NCBI GenBank assembly: GCA_036507075.1
Contig: DASXQR010000187.1
Coordinates: forward strand, 1 to 64,000
Length of the DNA: 64,000 nucleotides
Source: Acidobacteriota bacterium
GTDB lineage: Bacteria > Acidobacteriota > UBA6911 > JACQSX01
Direction: 5' to 3'
Both the position numbers and the translations under genes were made by a program. Below the pieces are notes generated by a model that was not told the origin of the DNA, searched no databases, and worked only from the letters and a program-made list of their open reading frames with translations. Within the stretch, counting starts at the first letter, position 1; the number at the start of each line of letters is the position of its first letter. This document shows, piece by piece, positions 1 through 8,707 of the stretch.

Positions 1-43
1 ATCGCATCCGTTCTTCCATCGTCGACCTCTCTGCCCAGGGCAT
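1..43 (-). CDS. IS481-family transposase, N-terminal fragment (partial)
   Basis: MPWxExSxMEERxR is a typical IS481 transposase N-terminus; RBS at 52-57. Confidence 0.7.
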   Translation of the reverse strand, partial: MPWAERSTMEERMR

Positions 44-136
44 CCTGTGATCTCCTCAAAGACCCCATTCTGCCCTGTTCAATTGTGTCAACGATGTTGT
101 GAGGTTAAAGTGTCAACGATGTTGTGAGGTTGTACC
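1..136 (-). mobile_element. Terminal region of an IS481-family insertion sequence (runs off the window)
   Basis: Two exact 22-bp direct repeats GTGTCAACGATGTTGTGAGGTT (85-106, 110-131), like IS481 subterminal transposase-binding repeats, upstream of an RBS (GAGGAG) and ATG at 43 reading MPWAERSTMEERMR. Confidence 0.75.
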
Positions 137-198
137 CGGACAACGGACAACTGACACGGACAACTGACAATTATTCCGCATTCCGCACTCCGCATTCG
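137..198. repeat. Short tandem repeats (GGACAAC/ACTGAC-type, then ATTCCGC-type)
   Basis: Read directly; the same units recur across the window. Confidence 0.8.
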
Positions 199-226
199 AA
201 ACTCTGCCAGAGAGTCTTTCAAATTC

Positions 227-1330
227 CTACTGCGCCTTCTCCTCTATCCAGTCTCCCTCTTTAAAGATGTCGCAAAGCAGCGCGTCGTCTTCCGGCGTAG
301 GGAAAACATGTCTGGAATATTCCTGATACTCTTGGCGCGTCAGTTTATTTCCATAGAGGTCATAAGTTTCACCGGCATAAGTTCCGATAGCGCGATTGAA
401 CTTGATATCGGGCACGATCAGTTTCGGCCGGTCTTCCTCGATCAGCTTGTTCATGCGGTCGACCAGGCCCTGAAGCTCCTTGCGGTAAAGTTCCCGTGCC
501 GCTTCGTTCAGGTGTCCTTTGTCGGCTTCTTCGGTTGCCGATTCTTCATTGAACCGGCCTTTCAATCCCCAAACATATGCCCAATGTGCCGACGAGGAAT
601 TGTCTGTGCCGAAAAGGTCGTACGCTGTGGGCACCCACTTGTTGAAGTAGCGCTGGATGATTTCAGTCGGCACGCGGTCCTTTCGAATGACGCGCAGCAG
701 ACCATTGTTGCCCGTGCCCAGATGGTAGGATTCTTCTTTCAACATCGGACCCATGCTCCGGGCCAGCGGCTCAAAAGCGGAATGGCTCAGCATCTTGAGC
801 TGGAACTTTCCGTCCCGATCGATGAATTCCGTGTAAGTAAAAAAATCCAGCCAGTTATTGACATTCTCGTTGAAAGATCCAAGCAGCCGGTTGTTCTCGA
901 ACGCGCGCCGCTCCAGGAGTTTCTGCGCTTCCAGTTTGCCCGAGCCCCCGAAGTGATTCACCAGCAGATTGCACATCTGAAAGCCATGTCGCATTTCCTC
1001 TGTCATGACGCGGCTCAACGCCATCAGATCGAAAGTGGTGGGGGCGGTCTCAATCAGGTTTTTCTGCTGTTCGACGGAAGCAAACTCGGTGTCCCCCTGG
1101 TAAACGATCAAGTTGAGCAGCGCGTCCTTGATCCGCTGGTCGGGCATGTGGAGCACTTTTTCCCACTTATGCGCCCCCTTGAAATCGCCGAACTCGATTT
1201 CCGGAGAGTGCACATCTCCAAACTTTGCTTCGAAGCGATAATCCTTCAGGCCGGGAAGATCCAGGTTCAAATCCTTTTGCCACTGGCGAAACAGATCTAC
1301 CCAGTCGTCAAATGTTCCAATACGCGGCAT
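227..1330 (-). CDS. Ferritin-like diiron aryl-CoA epoxidase subunit (BoxB/PaaA-PaaC family)
   Basis: Motifs QGDTEFASVEQ, EEMRH, DRDGKFQL, EESYH and DLFG resemble BoxB; GGAGGAG RBS before ATG at 1330. Confidence 0.8.
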   Translation of the reverse strand: MPRIGTFDDWVDLFRQWQKDLNLDLPGLKDYRFEAKFGDVHSPEIEFGDFKGAHKWEKVLHMPDQRIKDALLNLIVYQGDTEFASVEQQKNLIETAPTTFDLMALSRVMTEEMRHGFQMCNLLVNHFGGSGKLEAQKLLERRAFENNRLLGSFNENVNNWLDFFTYTEFIDRDGKFQLKMLSHSAFEPLARSMGPMLKEESYHLGTGNNGLLRVIRKDRVPTEIIQRYFNKWVPTAYDLFGTDNSSSAHWAYVWGLKGRFNEESATEEADKGHLNEAARELYRKELQGLVDRMNKLIEEDRPKLIVPDIKFNRAIGTYAGETYDLYGNKLTRQEYQEYSRHVFPTPEDDALLCDIFKEGDWIEEKAQ

Positions 1331-1377
1331 AACTCCTCCGGAAATCAAACATCATGTGTAAACAGTGTGCAAATCCG

Positions 1378-1515
1378 GAACAAACTGTCCGTGGTCCGTT
1401 GTCAGTGGTCAGTGGTCCGTTGTGCGCGGTCCATTGCTTGTTGGTGATAACCCCGCGATGCACAACCGACTACGGACAACTGACTACGGACAACGGACAG
1501 TTTGTTCCGCATTCC
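1378..1515. repeat. Inverted pair of heptamer arrays (GTCCGTG/GTCAGTG ... CAACTGAC/CAACGGAC)
   Basis: Mirror-oriented arrays around a short spacer. Confidence 0.8.
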
Positions 1516-1519
1516 TGAA

Positions 1520-2335
1520 TCATCTTCCCTGAAATCTGGCGGTCCTTTTCTCCACATACGCCGCCAGGCCTTCTTTGGCGTCCTCACTTTGGAATAGCTG
1601 TTGTTGCAGTTCCCGCTCCAGGGAGAGAGCTTCAGGGAAAGCGATCTCCATTCCGGATTGCACGCTGCGCTTGATCCTTCCGACAGCCTTGGCTGCCTTG
1701 TTTGGGGGCAGGAATTGGCGCGCGTAATCGGTCACCTCCTGCATGAAGTTATCGCGGCTGAAAATATCGTTGACGATTCCCATCTCCAGCGCTTCTTCAA
1801 ACGCGAACGTTCGCCCCGTGATCATCACCTCCATGGCTCTCGATTTACCCACCAGGCGCGCCAGCCGCTGTGTTCCGCCTGTGCCGGGAAGCACGCCGAG
1901 CGCAATTTCGGGCAGGCCGATCTTGCCGCTGTCTTTACGCGCGATGCGCAGATCGGCTGCCATGGCGATTTCGAGGCCTCCGCCGACGGTGTGACCGTTC
2001 AACGCGGCTATCACCAGTTTGGGGGTTTGTTCGAGCCGGTTGAGAGTCTCATTTGCATGCAGGCAGAAGTAATACTTGAACTGAGGGGTCACGCTGGCCA
2101 GCATGTTGATGTTGGCTCCCGCCGAGAAAAACTTTTCGCCCTTGCCTGTCAGAATCAAGACATGAACAGCGTCATCCATGCGCGCCCGCAGAATGGCTTC
2201 ATCCATTTGCCGCATCATGTCGTAGCTGTAAGTGTTTGCCGGCGGATCGTTCATGGTGAGAAACGCGATCCCGCCATCCACGTGATACTCGACTAGATTG
2301 GAAGCGACGTCTGTTTTTTCGAGAACTTTGCTCAT
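1520..2335 (-). CDS. Enoyl-CoA hydratase/isomerase (crotonase) family protein
   Basis: FSAGANI, GGGLEIAMAADLR and PEIALGVLPGTGGTQRL motifs. Confidence 0.92.
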   Translation of the reverse strand: MSKVLEKTDVASNLVEYHVDGGIAFLTMNDPPANTYSYDMMRQMDEAILRARMDDAVHVLILTGKGEKFFSAGANINMLASVTPQFKYYFCLHANETLNRLEQTPKLVIAALNGHTVGGGLEIAMAADLRIARKDSGKIGLPEIALGVLPGTGGTQRLARLVGKSRAMEVMITGRTFAFEEALEMGIVNDIFSRDNFMQEVTDYARQFLPPNKAAKAVGRIKRSVQSGMEIAFPEALSLERELQQQLFQSEDAKEGLAAYVEKRTARFQGR

Positions 2336-2988
2336 ATCGGGGCTCCCTGAAAATTTTCGAAAGCCGGCATGGCGCCCTTCTCCGATTCGAATCCGTCCAG
2401 GAAAAGCGTCGCCATGGCCTCGGCGAGTCTGTGAATATTGGTGTCCTTTTGCGGGTTATACCAGGTGTAAATCCAGTTCATCATACCCAGCAGGCAAAGC
2501 GCGGAGAGTCTTGAATCTTTCCGCTCAGCAGCAGGAATGCTTTGCTGCAGCTCGTCGAGAATCTGCTGGATCAGCAGCACGTAGCGGCGTTTCTTTTCCA
2601 TGATTTCGGCGAAGTATTTTCCGCGCAGTGAATTCTCTTCATGCGCCAGAACTTTGGTTTCATTCCAATGGCGGATGAAGTAATGCAGATGATTGAAAAC
2701 GAAAAAACGCAGTTTGTCGCGTGGATTTGAGTATTCTGAGAGGTGTTGCTCGAGCATTTCCGTTACCTGATCGAACGCGTATCTTGAAATCAGGTAGAGC
2801 AGCTCATCCTTGGTCTGAAAGTAATAATAAAGACCGGAAAGGCTGGTTCGAGTGGCGGCGGCGATGTCGCGCATTGATGCATTGTGGAAGCCTTTGTCGG
2901 CAAAAATGTGTGCAGCCGTTCTCAGGATCTCGCCGAGGCGAGAGTCGTACCGTTGCGAAGGAAGGCGCGATGCAGGGGTCGTCGACAT
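2332..2988 (-). CDS. TetR/AcrR family regulator (KstR2/PaaR-like)
   Basis: HTH FADKGFHNASMRDIA...GLYYYFQTKDELL and C-terminal GMMNWIYTWY; start moved to ATG 2988. Confidence 0.9.
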   Translation of the reverse strand: MSTTPASRLPSQRYDSRLGEILRTAAHIFADKGFHNASMRDIAAATRTSLSGLYYYFQTKDELLYLISRYAFDQVTEMLEQHLSEYSNPRDKLRFFVFNHLHYFIRHWNETKVLAHEENSLRGKYFAEIMEKKRRYVLLIQQILDELQQSIPAAERKDSRLSALCLLGMMNWIYTWYNPQKDTNIHRLAEAMATLFLDGFESEKGAMPAFENFQGAPI

Positions 2989-3086
2989 GATTATTTTCGA
3001 ACAGTAGTTAGAATTGCAAAGATTTCGTGATGTGTCAATATTTTGTTTAATTTGTGTTGGCAAGATCGACTTTATTCTGTTCAAAC

Positions 3087-3102
3087 TCGAACACTTGTTC
3101 GA
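3087..3102. promoter_or_regulatory. Palindromic operator-like site TCGAACA-CT-TGTTCGA; imperfect second copy at 2997-3012
   Basis: Perfect 7-bp arms in the divergent tetR/udg gap; TTGACA on the minus strand at 3033-3038. Confidence 0.5.
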
Positions 3103-3167
3103 ATAGCTTGGTGCCTTGGTGGTTACCCTTTTTTGAACCACCAAGACACCAAGTCAGGTATGGAAAG

Positions 3168-3857
3168 ATGCCGGATAGCTTAAGGAAAGTGGCAGCAAAC
3201 GTGATCGCCTGTGAGCGATGTCCCCGGCTGCGAAGCTACTGCAAAAGAGTGGCTCAGGAAAAGCGGCGCATGTTTCAAAACGAAAGCTATTGGGGAAAGC
3301 CGGTGCCCGGTTTTGGAGATCCCGAGGCATGTTTGCTGATCATCGGCTTGGCGCCGGCCGCTCACGGGGGCAATCGCACGGGTCGGGTTTTCACCGGTGA
3401 TCGAAGCGGTGACTGGCTCTATGACGCGCTTTACCGCTATGGTTTTGCCAACCAGCCCGTCTCCAAGCATCGCAATGACGGATTGCAGTTGAAAGGCGCC
3501 TACGTGACGGCCGCCGCCCGATGCGCTCCCCCCGCCAACAAGCCGGAGCGCCAGGAATTCGCCAATTGTCGCGAGTACCTGGTGCGGGAGTTGCGGCTAC
3601 TGCCGCAAGTTCAAGTGATCCTGTGCCTGGGAAGGCTGGCGCTGGATAACTACTTGCTTGCCCGAACCGGTCACGGGCACTCGCCGACACGCCCCCGACC
3701 GGCCTTTGCGCACGGAGCCGAGTGGGCCGCTCCTGAAGGTGTGACGGTGCTGTGCAGCTACCATCCCAGCCAGCAGAACACCCAGACCGGAAAGCTCACG
3801 CGTCAGATGTTTCATTCCGTCTTCTCGCGCGCCCGCGAAATCTGTGAAAACTCATAA
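3168..3857 (+). CDS. Uracil-DNA glycosylase family 5 (UdgB-like, Fe-S)
   Basis: CERCPRL, GLAPAAHGGNRTGRVFTGDRSG and HPSQQNT motifs. Confidence 0.92.
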   Translation: MPDSLRKVAANVIACERCPRLRSYCKRVAQEKRRMFQNESYWGKPVPGFGDPEACLLIIGLAPAAHGGNRTGRVFTGDRSGDWLYDALYRYGFANQPVSKHRNDGLQLKGAYVTAAARCAPPANKPERQEFANCREYLVRELRLLPQVQVILCLGRLALDNYLLARTGHGHSPTRPRPAFAHGAEWAAPEGVTVLCSYHPSQQNTQTGKLTRQMFHSVFSRAREICENS

Positions 3858-3889
3858 CAGACTTTCGACTTTCGCGTTAAGCTTTGCCC

Positions 3890-4195
3890 ATGAACAGACG
3901 ACGATACATTTCCATTCTTCTATTGATCGCGCTCGCCTGCACGCCCGGGTGTCTGTTTCATCGCAAGAAGAAAGACCAGTCAAAACCCAAGGTTTACGAC
4001 GTGCTGGGAACTGTGCAAACCGTGGCGCCCAATTCCATTTCCGTGCAGACTGACAAAGGGCTGCAGATATTTGCCATGAACAACGCGACGGTGCGCGGAA
4101 GCGAATTCAAACCCGGAATGTACGTGCATGTCTACTACAACCAGAATGCGAACGAGAAACTTGCTACCATGATTGTGGAGAAGGTGAAGAAATAG
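3890..4195 (+). CDS. Small hypothetical exported protein or lipoprotein
   Basis: Basic N-terminus, hydrophobic stretch and lipobox-like Cys; beta-rich mature part. Confidence 0.7.
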   Translation: MNRRRYISILLLIALACTPGCLFHRKKKDQSKPKVYDVLGTVQTVAPNSISVQTDKGLQIFAMNNATVRGSEFKPGMYVHVYYNQNANEKLATMIVEKVKK

Positions 4196-4202
4196 TGTTG
4201 CG

Positions 4203-4694
4203 ATGTTCACTGAAGTAATCCATTTCCTGTTTGGCAGGCCCGACCTGCTGCCTGTCGGGAGTCCGGCTCCTCCGTTTACGCTGGACAACCAGGACAAAAG
4301 GCCGGTGAGCCTGAAAGATTTCGCCGGTCGGCCTGTGGTGCTCTGGTTCTACCCGAAAGCCAACTCGCCCGGGTGAACAAAGGAGGGGACCGAGTTCCGG
4401 GACCACAAGGACAGTTTTCGGAGCGCGGGAGTGGAAATCGTCGGCATCAGCTTCGATTCGCCCGAGGCGAATAAGCGCTTTTCCCGCCGCTGGGGCCTTC
4501 CTTTCGACTTGCTGAGCGACGTGGAGCGAAAGGCCGGCATGGCGTACGGGGCCTGTCGCTCCCTAAAAGCGCCGGTTCCCAAGAGGATTACCTATCTGAT
4601 TGACCCCCAAGGCAGAGTTGCGCGCGTTTGGGCAGGCTTGAAACCCCGGCAGCACGCGCAAGCCGTCCTGGAATATCTGGAGCGCCCGTCCTAG
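4203..4694 (+). CDS. bcp: Peroxiredoxin BCP/PrxQ with in-frame TGA at the peroxidatic residue (probable selenoprotein)
   Basis: ATG 4203 reads ...APPFTLDNQD...VVLWFYPKANSPG-TGA(4374-4376)-TKEGTEFRD...VGISFDS...FDLLSD...RITYLIDPQG...TAG. Confidence 0.85.
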
Positions 4695-5095
4695 TACGTG
4701 ATTGTAAAAATCCGAGTAATAAATTTTCACGACAAAGGCGCAGCCCGGCTGCAGGCCGCAACCAAACGAAAAGCCGAAGACGGTCACGTGTACGTCACTG
4801 CTGTCCAAATCAGCCGACATTCTTGTACTCACGTTAATGTTTTCCTCGGTACTGGTTGGATTTTGTCCCCGTGCCGTGTCCAGGCCTATCCAAACATGGT
4901 ACGGCCGACCTAAAGCCCGCCGCTTTTGGGCGGGCGTCAGCCTGTGGCCCACGGCGATTTAACTAATCGCCTTCTCGCAATCCCAAGAACTAATTTGGAC
5001 AGGCGTGACCTAATCGTGGACGTTGACGTGTCACGTGCTCGTAGACGTGGACGGCCCCTCGTCTTACTTTGTGTTCTTTGTGTCTTTGTGGTGCA
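4695..5095. repeat. Composite intergenic repeat (GGCCGCAACCAAA module, CACGTC-type arrays, CTTTGTG nonamers)
   Basis: Same modules as at 8385-8675 and 20405-20980. Confidence 0.7.
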
Positions 5096-5100
5096 AGAAT

Positions 5101-5673
5101 TCAAGTCTCATCCGGTTCCCGATTGAAAACAGACATTGCCTTGGGTAGTCCCTCCCCCCACACGCTCCGGATGGCGGAAACGGCGCGATCCAATTCCCTC
5201 TCCACCACAGCCCGTTCTTCAGGCATGAAATCGGAGAGGACGAAATCGGCTGCACTGGGTGTCGTGCACGGTCCAATTCCGAACCGCAGCCGCGGAAAAC
5301 CATTGGAGCCCAATGCCAAGATGATCGAGTTAATGCCATTGTGACCGGCTGATCCACCGGTGGCGCGAATGCGGATTTTTCCCAACGGGAGAGCAAGGTC
5401 GTCGTAGACCACCAGCAGATCCGCCGGTTCGATCTGCCAGCGTTCCAGCACACTGCGGACTGCCAGGCCGGAGTTGTTCATGTAGGTACATGGCTTGAAA
5501 ACCACAGTATCTACACCCCACATCGGCAACCGCTGATACCAGCCGAGCTCTGTGGTTTCCGTCAGCGCAAACCCGAGCGTTTTTGCCAGCCGGTCAAGAA
5601 TCATAAAGCCGATATTGTGGCGGTTACCAGCATATCGACCTTCCGGGTTTCCCAGTCCTATGAGGGCTTTCAA
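5101..5673 (-). CDS. pth: Peptidyl-tRNA hydrolase
   Basis: GLGNP, RHNIGF, YMNNSG and GSAGHNG motifs; follows rplY; TTG start inferred. Confidence 0.95.
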   Translation of the reverse strand: MKALIGLGNPEGRYAGNRHNIGFMILDRLAKTLGFALTETTELGWYQRLPMWGVDTVVFKPCTYMNNSGLAVRSVLERWQIEPADLLVVYDDLALPLGKIRIRATGGSAGHNGINSIILALGSNGFPRLRFGIGPCTTPSAADFVLSDFMPEERAVVERELDRAVSAIRSVWGEGLPKAMSVFNREPDET

Positions 5674-5686
5674 GACGGAACGGAAT

Positions 5687-6406
5687 TCAGGACTTCTTTT
5701 CCTTTTCCTTCTCTGCCGCGGGCTTTTTCTCCTTGCCTCCCTCTTCGGCTTCGGCCGGTTCTTCAACCTTGCCCTTCTTGATCACTTCGGGTTCGACGAC
5801 CGCAGCTTCCTCAGTCACCACCGGAGCAACCACTTCCTCCATACGCGGCGGCAGGATGGTTACAACTGTCTGATTGGGATCTTCCAGAATTTGGAACTTG
5901 GAGCCGTCGTATTGGATTTCGCTGATTCGAATATGATCGTTGATCTCGAGGGCTTCGACGTTGATGCTGATACTGTCCGGTACATCGCCCGGGAGACACT
6001 CGACCTCAATCTCCCGACGAATCAGATCCAGCACACCCCCTGAATTCTTCACACCCGATGGTTCGCCCACCACTTCGACGGGGACCATGAATTTCATCTT
6101 CTTGTCCATCGAGATGGTCAGCAAATCCGCATGCAGCAAGTGGCCCTTGATCGGATCGAGCTGGTAGCTCTTGATCATTACGTTGAGAGGTTCGCCGCCT
6201 CCCAAATTCAATTTGAAAATAGTGTTGTGTCCGCTTTCCGAATAGAGTATCTCAGTCACTTTCTTGGGGTCCACACTGACAGAGCGCGCCTCTCTTCCCT
6301 GCCCATAGACGACGGCGGGAATTTTGCCCCGGCGGCGCAGCCGCCCTGATCGATTCTTTCCAAGCTCGGTGCGTTCTTCCGCACTCAGTTCAAACTGGGT
6401 TGCCAT
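5687..6406 (-). CDS. rplY: 50S ribosomal protein L25/Ctc
   Basis: RLRRRGKIPAVVYG, GVKNSGG; prs-rplY-pth order. Confidence 0.95.
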   Translation of the reverse strand: MATQFELSAEERTELGKNRSGRLRRRGKIPAVVYGQGREARSVSVDPKKVTEILYSESGHNTIFKLNLGGGEPLNVMIKSYQLDPIKGHLLHADLLTISMDKKMKFMVPVEVVGEPSGVKNSGGVLDLIRREIEVECLPGDVPDSISINVEALEINDHIRISEIQYDGSKFQILEDPNQTVVTILPPRMEEVVAPVVTEEAAVVEPEVIKKGKVEEPAEAEEGGKEKKPAAEKEKEKKS

Positions 6407-6419
6407 TTTTCAATTTACC

Positions 6420-7367
6420 TCACACAAAAAGTTTACTGACGGATGTTTCTTCATGAATCGAGCGAATGGCCTCGCTCAAAAGCGGAGCCACGCTCAAAAC
6501 CCTAATTTTCGGAATGCACTTGCCCCCATCAAGAGCAATGGTGTTTGTCACGATTACTTCTTCCACTTCAACCTGCCGGATCCGCTCCACTGCCGGCCCG
6601 GAAAGCACCGGATGCGTGGCACCGGCATAGACTTTCCCGGCGCCCTCGATCTTGAGCGCCTCGATAGTCTTCAGCAGCGTTCCGCAGGTATCAAACATGT
6701 CGTCAACGATCAGAATGTCCCGGCCGCCGACCTCACCGATGATCTGCAGCACTTCGGCCACATTTGCCTGGGGACGCCGCTTGTCCAGAATAGCCAGACT
6801 GGCTCCCAGCCGCTTGGCAAAAGCCCGCGCACGCTCCACGCCACCGGGGTCGGGCGAAACTACGGTGTCGATTTCCAGGTCGCTCACATACTCCAGAATT
6901 ACCGGCGTAGCAAACAGGTGATCCACTGGTATGTTGAAGAAGCCCTGAATCTGCCCGGCATGCAAATCCATGGTAAGCACCCGGTTTGCTCCTGCGGCTT
7001 CGATCAAATCGGCGACCAGCTTGGATGAAATCGGCACGCGCGGTTTGTCTTTCCGATCCTGCCGCGCATAGCCATAATACGGCAATACCGCCGTGATTCG
7101 CGACGCCGATGCGCGCTTAAACGCATCAATCATGATCAGCAGCTCCACCAGGTTGTCATTCACCGGGTGCGAAGTCGGCTGAATGATGAAGACGTCGGCT
7201 CCGCGGACATTCTCCAGTATCTGAAAATGGATCTCGCCGTCGCTGAAGTGCGTGAGCTTTGTCTCACCCAGCGGGCATTGCAGCACGGAACAAATCTCTT
7301 CCGCCAGTGGCCTGTTAGCGCTTCCAGAAAAAATTTTGAGTTCCAATTTTTTACCGCGAATTAACAC
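6420..7367 (-). CDS. prs: Ribose-phosphate pyrophosphokinase
   Basis: FSDGE, PYYGYARQDRK, DLHAGQIQGFF and VSPDPGG motifs. Confidence 0.97.
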   Translation of the reverse strand: MLIRGKKLELKIFSGSANRPLAEEICSVLQCPLGETKLTHFSDGEIHFQILENVRGADVFIIQPTSHPVNDNLVELLIMIDAFKRASASRITAVLPYYGYARQDRKDKPRVPISSKLVADLIEAAGANRVLTMDLHAGQIQGFFNIPVDHLFATPVILEYVSDLEIDTVVSPDPGGVERARAFAKRLGASLAILDKRRPQANVAEVLQIIGEVGGRDILIVDDMFDTCGTLLKTIEALKIEGAGKVYAGATHPVLSGPAVERIRQVEVEEVIVTNTIALDGGKCIPKIRVLSVAPLLSEAIRSIHEETSVSKLFV

Positions 7368-7387
7368 GAACTACTCAAGAGGAGAAT

Positions 7388-7462
7388 TGGCTGGGGCGGG
7401 AGGATTCGAACCTCCGAATGCAGGTTCCAAAGACCTGTGTCTTACCGCTTGACGACGCCCCA
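7388..7462 (-). tRNA. tRNA-Gln (anticodon TTG)
   Basis: Minus strand TGGGGCGTCGTCAAGCGGTAAGACACAGGTCTTTGGAACCTGCATTCGGAGGTTCGAATCCTCCCGCCCCAGCCA forms a cloverleaf with CCA; classic ispE-tRNAGln-prs position. Confidence 0.96.
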
Positions 7463-7476
7463 CCTCAGCTTCAAGA

Positions 7477-8355
7477 TCACTCCAGGCACCGGCCCAGGCT
7501 CTTCATGTACTGCCCGCGCGTGATGAACTCGGCTTGCCAGAGCCGCCAGTCTTTTCTTACCCGAATTCTACCGCTATGGCTTCCCAACCAGAACAGAGTT
7601 GAACCCGAACCGCTCAGATGAGCTTTCGCCAAGCCTTTATGTTCCAGGAACTGCCTGGCTTCCGCCACGGCCGAATTTGAAGCAACGGTTCTTTCAAAAT
7701 CATTCCTGAAGAACTGCTCAAGCGCTTCAACTCTATGATTTACCAGCGCATAACAGAAATCGTGAATCGTATAGCCCGGGTCTCCTTTTGTCAACTGCAA
7801 CTTGGCGTATGCCTCGGTTGTGTAAACCGGAACCCCTGGATAAAGCAGAATCAGCTTTGAGCCAGGGGCATCGGGCAGAGGAAACACATTCTCGCCGTGA
7901 TTCAATCCCAGTGCAGTTCCGCCTGCGAGAAAGAACGGCACATCAGAGCCCAACTCGGCTCCCACGCGCGCAAGCTCCGCCAAACTGTATCCCAATCCAA
8001 ACAGATGGTTTACAGCCAGCAGCGTAACGGCTGCGTTGCTCGAGCCCCCTCCCAGTCCCGCCCCTGTCGGGATTCTCTTGTCCAACTCAATACGAACCCC
8101 TGAATCAGGAGGCGCCAACCGGGCCGCCGCGCGGTAAACGATGTTTTCTTTTGCGGGCGGCCCGCCGCGCAGCCGGATTCCAGGACGCCGAGTCCTGGTG
8201 AAACGGACCACATCGTGCAGAGAGACCGTCTGGAAAACCGTCTCGATCTGGTGATAACCGGTGCGGTCCCGCCTCAAAATCCGCAAAAACAAATTAATTT
8301 TGGCGTAGGAAGGAAGCGTCAGCGTAGCTGAAGACGGGATGTGGCTTCGCGGCAT
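7477..8355 (-). CDS. ispE: 4-(cytidine 5'-diphospho)-2-C-methyl-D-erythritol kinase
   Basis: AKINLFL, KRIPTGAGLGGGSSNAA, LGSDVPFF and LSGSGST; start uncertain. Confidence 0.93.
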   Translation of the reverse strand: MPRSHIPSSATLTLPSYAKINLFLRILRRDRTGYHQIETVFQTVSLHDVVRFTRTRRPGIRLRGGPPAKENIVYRAAARLAPPDSGVRIELDKRIPTGAGLGGGSSNAAVTLLAVNHLFGLGYSLAELARVGAELGSDVPFFLAGGTALGLNHGENVFPLPDAPGSKLILLYPGVPVYTTEAYAKLQLTKGDPGYTIHDFCYALVNHRVEALEQFFRNDFERTVASNSAVAEARQFLEHKGLAKAHLSGSGSTLFWLGSHSGRIRVRKDWRLWQAEFITRGQYMKSLGRCLE

Positions 8356-8384
8356 TCGAGTACTTTTTGCAGAAGTTCCTGTTC

Positions 8385-8675
8385 CACCACAAAGACTCAG
8401 CGCGGCCGTAGGCCGCAACCAAAAAGCCGTCCACCTTCACGAGCACGTGCACGTCAACGACCACGTCTCACGTCTGCGAACACGACAACATTCGGACAGC
8501 CACACAGTTCTACGCAGTCTGTGACGAACCGAGCGTAGTCGTAAACGTAATCGTGGACATTGACGTGCACGTGCTCGTAGACGGCTTTGAAAAACTTTGC
8601 CAAAAAACAAGAAGTTGCCAACTTGTTACACAAAGTCAGGCCGGCTGACTTGTGCCTTGGTGTCTTTGTGGTGAA
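8385..8675. repeat. Three-layer nested intergenic repeat element
   Basis: CCACAAAGAC...GTCTTTGTGG outside, GGCCGCAACCAAA...AACTTTGCCAAAAAACAAGAAG in the middle, AAAGCCGTC...GACGGCTTT with CACGTG arrays inside. Confidence 0.8.
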
Positions 8676-8707
8676 GAGAACTCTTGCCCGAATGATTTAC
8701 GGCGCCG

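Noticed and set aside
85..131. 22-bp direct repeat as a CRISPR array
   Set aside because: Only two copies with a 3-bp spacer; fits IS481 subterminal repeats.
2989..3167. N-terminal extensions of tetR, udg, ispE, thiD and rpoH in the ORF track
   Set aside because: They run through promoter or repeat DNA; downstream starts fit the families better.
4203..4694. Pseudogene call for bcp and the dedA fusion, or genome-wide UGA reassignment
   Set aside because: TGA falls only at conserved Cys positions with intact flanks, and many other genes here end normally at TGA.
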